Assembly: GCF_004010195.1 (NCBI RefSeq)
Contig: NC_057753.1
Location: 4,874,887 to 4,895,493, forward strand
Direction of reading: 5' to 3'
Origin: Chiloscyllium plagiosum
Taxonomy: Eukaryota
Length of the DNA: 20,607 nucleotides
Made by a program: the position numbers and the translations under genes. A model generated the notes under the pieces. That model searched no databases and was not told the origin of the DNA. It worked only from the letters and a program-made list of their open reading frames with translations. This document shows, piece by piece, positions 9,253 to 17,682 of this stretch; within the stretch, counting starts at the first letter, position 1, and the number at the start of each line of letters is the position of its first letter.

Positions 9253-10394
9253 ACAGACATGTTGGTTAGGGAACACAGTGGAACTGACAGGCATTTGGAA
9301 GCTCAGGATCTTTTTTGCAGACAGGCACTAGGTGTTCTGCAAAACTTGCATTACATCTCCCCAAGACAGAGGGGGCTACATTGAGAGCAGAGAATACAAT
9401 AGATTAGACCGAGTGAAGTGCAGGTGAATCACTGCTTCACGTGGAAGGTGTGTTTGGAGTCTTTGGATGGGGAAGAGGGAAAAGATAAATGGGCAGGTGT
9501 TACATCTTCTGCAGTTGGATGGAAAGATGCCATGGGAGTGTGAGAATGAAAGAGAAGTGGACCAGTGTCCTGGAGGAATGCTGACGAGAGGGAAGGAAAG
9601 AACTGTTGGAAATAGGCATCCCGTTGGAGGTGACTGACAATTGGTTGGTCGTGGAGCCTGGTGGGTCAGTAAGTGAGGACCAGAAGGACCCTATTGTTGT
9701 TGTGAGAGGGAAGAGGTGAAGGCAGAAATGCGGGAAATGGATCGAACATGGCTAAGGGCCTTGTCAGTTGAGGGAAGTGGTAGACATTTTGGAGACCCCT
9801 CTGCCGAAAGTGGCATTATCGTCAGTGTAGCTGAGATGGAGAAACTGGGTGAGTTGCCTGGACTCCTTAAAGGAAGCAGAGTGTGATGGTGTATGGTCCG
9901 GGTAACTGCAGGAGTCAGTAGGTTTACAGAGGTAATTGGTGGCCAAAGTATGCAAACAGAGATATGAAGGAAGGAAAAGGAGGAGTCAGGAATGAGCCAG
10001 GTGAAGGTGAGGGCAGGATAGAAATGATTTTTTCCAATTCCGAGCAAAAGAAGGAAGCAATACCAATGATGCCATTGATATACTGGAGAAAAAAAAGTCA
10101 TGGGGAAGAAACTGAGTAAATTTGGAACAAGAAATGTTCTACATTTCCCACAAAGAGGCAGGCATAACTGGAGCCCATGCAATACGTATGGACACGCCTT
10201 TGAACTGAAGAAAGTTAGAAAAGCCTGAGGTTGTGACTTGGTCAAATGCCTTTAAAGAAAGCTTGCATGCTTTTGTTACAAGCAAATGATGTAGAATTTG
10301 AAGCTTTTTTTGGACAGGTTTGATGATAGTAATAATATTTGTTTTACATGGACTTGCAAAAAAAAAGTTATACACTGGCACAGAAGAGACAAGT

Positions 10395-10625
10395 GAGCAA
10401 GGATTAGAGATCATGTAAGTATCATGACAGCAGATACATGGATATGCTTAGGCCAGGAGACCGGATAACAAAGTAGTCATGAATGATTTTGGGTCAGAGG
10501 AAGGTTTCTATTGGAGTTCCACAGGCATTCATATGAGGACCCATCTTTAGCCAGATACATATTAATAATATGGACCAGGGTATGCAGAGCACTACTTCAA
10601 TATTTACAGACAATGATTCAGACTG
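10395..10625 (+). mobile_element. Highly decayed CR1 RT fragment
   Basis: GVPQAFI*GPIF..I.INNMDQGMQST.SIFTDN resembles GVPQGSVLGPLLF.IYINDLD...ISKFADD. Confidence 0.55.
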
Positions 10626-10683
10626 GTTTACAAAAGATGAACTTGGTAGGCTTAATGCATTTGTTCTATGTCATAATGAATGT

Positions 10684-10869
10684 AGTCATGATTTGGAGAC
10701 GCTGGTGTTGGACTGGGGTGGACAAAGTTAAAAATCACCCAACACCAGGTTATAGTCCAACAGGTTTATTTGGAAGCACTAGCTTTCAGAGCGACGCTCC
10801 TTGATCACCCAAAAGCTAGTGCTTTCACATAAACCTGTTGGACTATAACCTGGTGTTGGGTGATTTTTA
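10684..10869. mobile_element. 186-bp fold-back mini-element, family B
   Basis: 59-bp inverted arms at 10728-10786 and 10812-10870 with 2 mismatches. 11-bp TSD ATAATGAATGT at 10673-10683 and 10870-10880. Confidence 0.88.
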
Positions 10870-11092
10870 ATAATGAATGTGTGCTGCCTATGTTTACCCT
10901 TGCCTCATAATTCAACTGCTAGACTCCAGGTATCATTCGGATAAATCTTATCTGTGCATCCTCCAAGGACAGTAATGTTTGTACTTCCTCAGGTGCAGTG
11001 CCCAGAACTGAGTACATGCTCCAGGTGTGATTTAAACAGGATATTAAACAATACCTCAGTCTATTCAATCACACGTAGTCCTGAAACCTTAC

Positions 11093-11258
11093 CCCCTCAA
11101 AGTACAGAGAAACCTTTTCCCCTCCACGATAAATAGCCAGAGATATTCAAGTGTTGACGAATCGAGTTACTTTGACTTCTGCTCTGACATCATATGGTCA
11201 TCTGATCAGATCTTGATGGAGTAATACCTTTGAGTTTCCAGGCTATAAATTTAATATC
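11093..11258 (-). other. Vestigial zinc-finger exon-start module B, candidate non-coding 5'UTR exon of the intact ZNF gene
   Basis: Minus strand: TACTGAC branch-like site, CTCTCTTTGCAG|GATATT acceptor, CATCAAGATCTGA..CTTGAATATC..GTGGAGGGGAAAAGGTTT homologous to module A, candidate donor GGG|GTAAGG at 11093/11092. Confidence 0.55.
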
Positions 11259-11384
11259 CTGCAAAGAGAGTTGACAAACAAAAAATGCTTCTGTCAGTAC
11301 ATAACAGAATCGGGAACAGACATACATTTCTCTCGGTTTTGAGTTTGCTGTATGTAAATACTCCACTGCTCTGTCAGTGAAGGA

Positions 11385-11770
11385 CAGCAGAGCATGCGCT
11401 CTGCCGCAGCTCGCCCCCTATAAAAATGGCGTCTACAAATACGGCCCGCGCAAGGTGCCCCTGACAAAGATGGCGGCGGCAACCGGAGCCTGTCACCGCC
11501 TGAGGCCCGGAGTCGTTTCCCGCAACCGCGGGGCAAGGAGTTTGCTAACTCTGCTCCGGGGGGGACCTACAGCGGACATTTACGAAAGTTCTTAGTCCAC
11601 AGTGTCTTCATTTCGTTGCCTGCTCTAACTCCCTCTTTACCGTCGCCTGCAGCAGCGGCGTTCGGCCAGACCGCGGTCGCCGCAGTAACGCGCGTGCGCG
11701 GGCCATCCGGCGTCGGGAATCACGTGGCTCGACGTTAGCCCCACCCCGATTGGTTGAAGGAGCCTGTCCT
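11385..11770 (-). promoter_or_regulatory. CpG-island promoter/first exon cassette B (likely promoter of the intact ZNF gene)
   Basis: GCATGCGC, AAAATGGCG (about 11423-11431), AAGATGGCGGC (about 11467-11477), CGCGTGCGCG, E-box CACGTG, and ATTGG (CCAAT on the minus strand) near 11749. It is the nearest promoter-like CpG island upstream of the coding exon. Confidence 0.75.
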
Positions 11771-11949
11771 GTTCAACGGAGGCAGAGGGGAGAGGAATGG
11801 TGGTAGGGAAATGAGTTGGAGCTTAAGATGGGATAAAGGGAGGAATTTAATGCACACATAAAGCCGCCGTATTTGTCAATAGCAACGTGTTGCATTAACT
11901 GAGAGGAGCTTGCTGCCCATCAAGCTGTCAATTTTTTTGGATACAGCTG

Positions 11950-12200
11950 AGCAAGGATGGTTCCAGCAAAAATGAAGAACTTCAGCTATTAGAATAGATG
12001 AAAGAAGTTGGTGCTGGAGAGGAGAAGGAGATTTGATAGAAGCTTGTCAAATCGACAGCGGGTTAGTTAGTGTCAATCTACAAAAGAAAAGCTTTGCCCA
12101 TTTGTAACAGACAAAAGAACATGATGGGAGAGGAAACTTTTTCACAGTCAGAGTCAAGGCATGGATAGCACTAACTGATTGGATAGAAATGGTAAGCAGC
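11950..12200 (+). mobile_element. Old CR1 3' fragment
   Basis: GGATGGTTCCAG..ATGAAGAACTTCAGCTAT..GGAGATTTGATAGAAG..GGAAACTTTTTCACA follow the CR1 C-terminal motif order. Confidence 0.55.
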
Positions 12201-12312
12201 ACAATGGAGAATCCGCAGGATATTGTCACTAGGGATTGGTACATGTTAGGAGTGTGATGAAATACTCTCCAGTTAACTGAACTGGTGCTCCTCCCAACAG
12301 TACAGTAACTCA

Positions 12313-12601
12313 AAAAAGAGAAAATGCTGGAAAATCTCAGCAAGTCTTGCAGCATTTGTAAGAAGAGATAAGAGCTGACAAAGCTTTGACAAAGGGTCAG
12401 TTAGACTCGAAACGTCAGCTCTTTCCACTGCTGATCAGCTCCTGAGCCATGTGCTGTTTACTTACCAGTTTTATCTACAGATGCTGCAAGACTTGCTAAG
12501 ATTTTCCAGCATTTTCTCTTTTTTGAGTTACTGTACTGTTGGGAGGTGCACCAGTTCAGTTTTGGTTTCAGATTCCAGCATCCGCAGTAATTTGCTTTTA
12601 A
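12313..12601 (+). mobile_element. Fold-back Penelope-derived mini-element (family A-like) with hammerhead motif, rearranged
   Basis: Inverted arms AGAGAAAATGCTGGAAAATCTCAGCAAG.. and ..CTTGCTAAGATTTTCCAGCATTTTCTCT. End GGTTTCAGATTCCAGCATCCGCAGTAATTTGCTTTTA is like 2320-2350. 12-bp TSD TACAGTAACTCA at 12301-12312 and 12602-12613. Confidence 0.85.
12382..12420 (+). ncRNA. Minimal type I hammerhead ribozyme motif (Penelope-type), U3-A8 variant
   Basis: AGCT-TTGACAA-A-GGGTC-AGTTA-GACTC-GAAA-CG-TC-AGCT: stem I AGCT/AGCT, core YUGANRA, 5-bp stem II, GAAA, palindromic ACGT stem III, GUC triplet ending at 12416. Confidence 0.65.
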
Positions 12602-12850
12602 TACAGTAACTCACCCAGGTGCCAAACCCATGACCTCTATCACTGAGAATGACAAAGGCAGCATGAGACCATTATCATCTGCACAATTCCCTCCAAGCCA
12701 CATATCATCCTGACCTGCACCTGTACCACTGCTGTTCGTTCACTGTTACAGGTTTGACTTTTAACTGTTACTGTTCCCAACTGTGTCTGAAAGACTTTCC
12801 ACTGCTGATCAGCTCCTGAGCCATGTGCTGTTTACTTACCAGTTTTATCT
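12421..12850 (+). repeat. Perfect 56-bp direct repeat (12421-12476 and 12795-12850)
   Basis: CTTTCCACTGCTGATCAGCTCCTGAGCCATGTGCTGTTTACTTACCAGTTTTATCT occurs twice, identically. Confidence 0.97.
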
Positions 12851-12987
12851 TCCCACGCAATCTGTCATTGTTTCTCCTGTGCTAGAGTCAGTTTCCCTTC
12901 CATTTTGAGTTGGTATTGAGTTGGTACGGTTATTTTTACCTGATAATTCATTCTGCATATCACGAAACATTAATTTTGCTTCACAGG

Positions 12988-14014
12988 TGTAAAAGGGCGA
13001 CCCCCAGCTGGGGACAAAGACTCAGGAAGCTGATATGATTCAGGCAAGTGGCGGACTTTTATTCAAACAATAATCAGTTAGTGCAGGGAGAGGCCCAAGA
13101 ATCTTCCCCGAACCTAGCTTCGAATGTGAGAACATGATGTGTAGCTCAGATTGGAAGAGAGATCAATGACATACACTCATTTTTACAATGAAAATTAGAA
13201 TTTTTATACATTTCTTGTTACAACGTTATTCCCTCCTCATTTTCCCTACTACCAAATTTGTAAAATACCTGATCAATGGTGGACACCCCTATGGACAGCC
13301 CTACGTTCCCTTAGTTTTTTATGATTTTTCACAATTATTATAATCGCAAGGCCTTGGGATCTTTCAATGTTGCATTCCAAAGTTACTAGCTGTTCTATTT
13401 TGGGCATGTCCCTGATCGTTTATCTCTAAGGACTGCCTGAATTCATTGTACTCTATCAAATTCCATTACTCCTTATAAAGTAAGTTGATGCTGTTATAGA
13501 AACTCAATATTAATAATACTATAATTTTTATAATTATTTCTACTGTAAACAGTTTTTAAGTAATCAGTAAAGATAAGCCAGGCACCTCTTTCATGGTTTC
13601 CCTTGGTGCTTTCATCATAGGTTTTATAATTATGTTGAAATCTATCTCTGTAATTATTTAAAGATTCTTTAACTAGAACTTATTAATATTGTGAACAGTT
13701 TCAAACAGACAATAATTTCTGCAAGACAACTTCAGCTATTGTTTTTATGGCTGAATACATTCTTAATGAGACTAGCATTAATTACTTGCTGCAGTTTAGT
13801 GATTTTTCAACGTTTTTCATAAGTTACAATTTCATTGTTTCTTCTGTGTTTTGTTACAAATCATTGAAATGTACATCCTTAAATATTTCTTGTTTAGATA
13901 ATGCTTCCTTTTGCCTTGGAAAGGCCCCTTCTCAAAGGCACTATTGTTTTCACTGAAGTGCTGAAGCAAGCTTTTTTTTCCAAAATTCCAGTCATTTTGT
14001 GCCTCTTAGGAACA
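12988..14014 (-). mobile_element. Candidate solo LTR (about 1 kb, AT-rich U3)
   Basis: Minus strand has TGTATAAAAA (13210-13201), AATAAA (13063-13058) and a U5-like end GGGGTCGCCCTTTTACA at 12988. No PBS follows. The far boundary is uncertain (13952 or about 14014). Confidence 0.45.
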
Positions 14015-14174
14015 GGTAGCTCCAACAAGAGATACCAGCAGAAAGTTGGCAATTCCCAGTCGACTATGGATGTTTGACCTTCCCGAATTCATACGTATGG
14101 TGAAGATGCTCCCACAATAGGTAGACAGTTACAGGTTATTCACCTAGCGATGAAGAAGCAGTGACATATGTAGA

Positions 14175-15072
14175 AACCAACAACAATTTGTATTTAAATA
14201 GCACCTTTCATAGAATATGCCAAGATGTTCCCCAGAAATTAACATTTGACAAGGTGGAGAGGTTAGGGCCTGTCGCAATAAAACTGAGAGGAAGACAGGG
14301 GTTTACTGTAAATGAGGTTGAGAGACAGAATTTTCTAGGGACTAAATTCCAGAGCAGACGTCCTTGGAACTGGAAACAGGAGCTTTTGGGTTATAAAACC
14401 AGGTTGGATAGACTGGGACTTTTTTTAACTGGAGCGTAGGAGGTTGAGGGGTGACTTTATCGAGGTTTATAAAATCATGAGGGGTGTTGATAAGATGAAT
14501 AACAAGGGTCTCTTTCGTAGGGTGGGGGAAATCCAAAACTAGGGGGCGTTTTTTTTACGGTGAGAGGAGAAAAGTTTAAAGCCGACCTGTTTTTACATAG
14601 CAAGTATGTGGAATGAATTGCCAGAGGAAGTGGTGGATGCAGGTACAGCTACAACATTTAAAAGATATTTGGATAAGTACTTGAATAGAAATGTTTGGAG
14701 GGAATACAGGCCAAACACAGGCAAGCAGGACTAGTTTAGATTAGGAACACGGTCGACATGGACTGTTGGACCAAAGGGTCTGTTTGCACGATGTATGATT
14801 CGATGATACGGTCACCAATGGTGAAGTAATTAAAATGCACAATATTCAGGAGGACAGAAAAAAAGAAACCCAAGAAATGGAAGGTGTAGAATCTGTGAAG
14901 AACCGCAAAGGATCCTGATGGGAGTTATGTACAGGCCTCCAAGCAGAAGTCAGGATGTGGAGCAGAAAATAAATCGGATGATTGTGACGCTACAGAGTAC
15001 AGAGATCAGGAGGTTTGTGAGGCTGGAGGAGATTAGAGATTGGTAGGAATTTGAAAATCAGGAATGAGAATT
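14175..15072 (-). mobile_element. Old L2-like LINE 3' end, split by CR1 insertions
   Basis: AACAACAATTTGTATTTAAATAGCACCTTT tail, AATTCCAGAGC, resuming at ACGGTCACCAATGGTG (about 14808) and GGCTGGAGGAGATTAGAGAT..TTTGAAAATCAGGAATGAGAATT (about 15020-15072). Confidence 0.55.
14385..14805 (+). mobile_element. CR1/HER1 3' fragment
   Basis: LGYK.RLDRLGLF.LE.RRLRGD.IEVYKIMRG with tail TTGGACCAAAGGGTCTGTTTGC..TGTATGATTC. Confidence 0.9.
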
Positions 15073-15075
15073 CCT

Positions 15076-15370
15076 GGCACGGTGGCTCAGTGATTAGCAC
15101 TGCTGCCTCATAGTGACAGGGACCCGGGTTCGATTCCAGCCTCGGGGCAACTGTCTGTGTGGAGTTTGCACACCCGCCCAGTGTCTGCGTGGGTTTCCTC
15201 CAGATGCTCCAGTTTCATCCCACACTCCAAAGATGTGCAGTTCAGGGTGAATTGCCCATGCTAAATTGCCCATAGGGTTAGGTGCATTAGTCAGAGGAAA
15301 ATGGGTCTGGGTGGGTTACTCTTCGGAAGGTTGGTGTGGACTGGTTGGGCCGAAGGGAATCTAATCTGAT
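15076..15370 (+). mobile_element. HE1-type SINE
   Basis: A box TGGCTCAGTGATTAG at 15083-15097, B box GGTTCGATTCC at 15127-15137, AATCTAATCT tail. Confidence 0.93.
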
Positions 15371-15849
15371 TCTGCAAAAGATCCTGATGGAAGTTACGTA
15401 TAAACCTCCGAGCATTAGTCAGGATGTGGGGCAGAAAATAAATCGCGATATACGAAAAGCATGTCAGGAAGGCAAGTTAATAGGTCCGCACATTGAGTAT
15501 AGGAATTGGGAGGTCATGTCCCGGCTGTACGGGTCATTGGTGAGGCCACTTTTGGGATACTTCATTCAATTCTGGTCTCCCTGTTGGAGGAAAGATGTTA
15601 TTAAACCTGAAAGTGGGCAGAAAAGATTTACAAGGATGTTGCCAAGGTTGGAGGGTTTGAGCTATAGGGAGAGGCTGAATAGGCTGGGGCTATTTTCCCT
15701 GGAGCATCGGCGGCTGAGGGATGACCTTATGGAAGTTTATAAAATCTTGAGGGCATGGATAAGGTGAATAGTCAAGGCCTTTTCCCCAGGGTAGGGGAGT
15801 CCAAAACTAGAGCGTTTAGGTTTAAGATGAGAAAGGAAAGATATAAAAG

Positions 15850-16238
15850 GGACCGAAAGGGCAACTTTTTCATGCAGAGGGTGATGTGTGTATGGAATGA
15901 GCTGCCAGAGGAAGTGCTGGAGGCTGGTACAATTACAACAATTTAGAGGGATATGGGACAAATGCTGGCAAATGAGACTACTGGGAGTCCCTGGGTTATG
16001 AACGCCCGACTTACAAACATTCCATGGACCGAAAGGGCAACTTTTTCATGCAGAGGGTGATGTGTGTATGGAATGAGCTGCCAGAGGAAGTGGTGGAGGC
16101 TGGTACAATTACAACAATTAAAAGGCATCTGGATGAGTGTGTGAATAGGAAGGGTTTAGAGGGATATGGGACAAATGCTGGCAAAAGGGACTACTGGGAG
16201 TCCCTGGGTTATGAACGCACGACTTACAAACATTCCAT
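15850..16238 (+). repeat. Tandem duplication (15850-16025 and 16026-16238)
   Basis: Two near-identical units run from GGACCGAAAGGGCAAC to ACAAACATTCCAT; the first lacks about 38 bp present in the second. Confidence 0.95.
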
Positions 16239-16417
16239 ACTGACAACCCAACCTTTGGCTTCTCATTTTCAAAGATTATTTTAAAATATCCGAGTCACAT
16301 ACAATGTTTCGTCGTAACGAACGGGCGGACTAATTAGCCCGTATCTGTTCCGACTTCCTCACAAATTTGGCTTAACAAACGGCGGAAAAAACTGAACTCG
16401 TTTGTAACCTGGGGACG
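16194..16417. mobile_element. Tigger/pogo-like MITE (Tc1-mariner superfamily)
   Basis: TA flanks at 16192-16193 and 16418-16419 inside the CR1 tail (GGGAC TA..TA GATTAA). Imperfect TIRs GTCCCTGGGTTATGAACG and CGTTTGTAACCTGGGGAC differ only at CpG-decay positions. Confidence 0.75.
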
Positions 16418-17049
16418 TAGATTAACTCAGGATGTCTGGTCGGCAAGGATGAGTTGGACCGAAGGCTCTGTTTCCCTGCTGTACATCTCTGTGACTCACA
16501 TGCAACTTCGATATGCAGATGGACTGGGAAAATCAGGTTGGTAGCAGAATGTGGAATGTCTACGAGATTGAACTCACTCGGGAACAGGCAGAAGTGGTGT
16601 GTAATGAGACAGACTTTAGGTGTATAAAGTGAAGGAGCCCCTGGGGGCAATTACCATAACGTGATAGAATTCACCCCGCAGTTTGACAGGGAGAAGCTGT
16701 AATCAGATGCAATGGTATTATAATTGAGTAAAGGAAACTGTGAAGACATGAGGAAAGAGCTGGCCAGAGTTAATTGGAGAGGGTAGGCAGGGAGGATGGT
16801 AGGGCAGCAATAGCACTGGGGTTTCTCAGGGTAAATCGGGAGAGACAGCAGAAATTCATTCCGAGGAAGAATAACGCTCCACAAACAGTCCGGAATAGAG
16901 GATCTAGTGAGATGGAGGAACTGAAGGAAATCAGTATCAGTAGGAAAATAGCCTGGGGGATATTGATGATACTGAAGGCTGATAAATTTCCAAGATGCGA
17001 TAATCTACATCACAGAGTACCTAAGGAAGCAGCCCAAGATTTAGTGGAT

Positions 17050-17382
17050 GATTAGATTAGATTAGATTACCTATAGTGTGGAAACAGGCCCTTCAGCCCA
17101 ACAAGTCCACACCGACCCTCCGAAGAGCAACCCACCCAGATCCATCACCCTACATTTCCCTCTGGCTAATGCACTTAACACTTTGGGCAACTTAGCGTGA
17201 CCAATTCACCTGACCTGCACATCTTTGGACTGTGGGAGGAAACTGGAGCATCCGGAGGAAACCCACGCAGACATGGGGAGGACGTGCAAACTCCACACAC
17301 ACAGTTGCCCGAGGTGGGAATCGAACCCGGGTCCCTGGCGCTGTGAGGCAGCAATGCTAACCACTGAGCCACCGTGCCACCC
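17050..17382 (-). mobile_element. HE1-type SINE inserted in CR1
   Basis: (ATTAG)n tail at 17051-17069; intact B box (GGAATCGAACC on +, 17317-17327) and A box. Confidence 0.94.
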
Positions 17383-17625
17383 CTTTCTTTAAGAATCTAG
17401 AGACGCTGGAATTTCCTATGAATTGGAATGTAGCTGATACAATGTCACTACTTAAAAGAGGTAGAGGGAAAACAAGGAGGTATGGATTGGTTAGCCTGAA
17501 ATCATTAGTGCAGAAAACGTAAGAGTCCATTATAAACAATTTAAAAGCAGAGCATTTTGATATTGGTGATAGGATTGACCAGAGTTAGAATGGAATTTAT
17601 GAAAGGGAAATCAAGTTTGACAAAT

Positions 17626-17682
17626 GTGTGTGGACTTGTTGGGCCAAAGGGCCTGTTTCCACACTGTAAGAATCTAATCTAA
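17626..17682 (+). mobile_element. 5'-truncated HE1 SINE tail inserted in CR1
   Basis: GTGTGGACTTGTTGGGCCAAAGGGCCTGTTTCCACACTGTAAGAATCTAATCTAA equals the SINE 3' end; possible short AAAT TSD. Confidence 0.85.

Larger units (their letters stand above)
7345..10240 (-). mobile_element. Penelope-like element (family A): decayed RT and GIY-YIG endonuclease plus 3' terminus, interrupted by later insertions
   Basis: Minus-strand pieces: KGV..MGSSYACLFVGNVEH (about 10140-10200), KPTDSCSYPDHTPSHSASFKES..QFL (9764-9955 ORF), LIYCILCSQC.PLCLGE..FAEHL (GIY-YIG-like, about 9330-9420) and KFKEQHL.F.L..PPGL.IEFNN (8195-8300). Terminus at 7345-7480. Confidence 0.85.
12245..12750 (+). mobile_element. Decayed non-LTR retrotransposon fragment (host of the 12313 insertion)
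   Basis: GTTAGGAGTGTGATGAAATACTCTCCA (VRSVM.YSP) and CCAAACCCATGACCTCTA..TTCCCTCCAAGCCACATATCATCCTGAC resemble a common shark LINE 3' region. Clade not determined. Confidence 0.5.
15490..16497 (+). mobile_element. CR1/HER1 3' fragment containing a MITE and a local duplication
   Basis: IEYRNWEVMSRLY.SLVRPLL.Y.IQFWSP..RKD.IK.E..QKRFTRMLP.LEGLSYRERLNRLGLFSLE; tail at 16420-16497. Confidence 0.92.

Noticed and set aside
9691..10245. 184-aa minus-strand ORF
   Set aside because: Off-frame read-through of the decayed Penelope RT; the real motifs lie in other, broken frames.
10778..10808. Minus-strand GTGATCA core that looks like a G3-C8 hammerhead covariant
   Set aside because: It sits at a deletion junction and lacks stem I, so it is more simply a point mutation plus junction sequence.
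15076..15140. tRNA-like A and B boxes here and in the other SINE heads
   Set aside because: These are SINE heads continuing into the SINE body, not tRNA genes.
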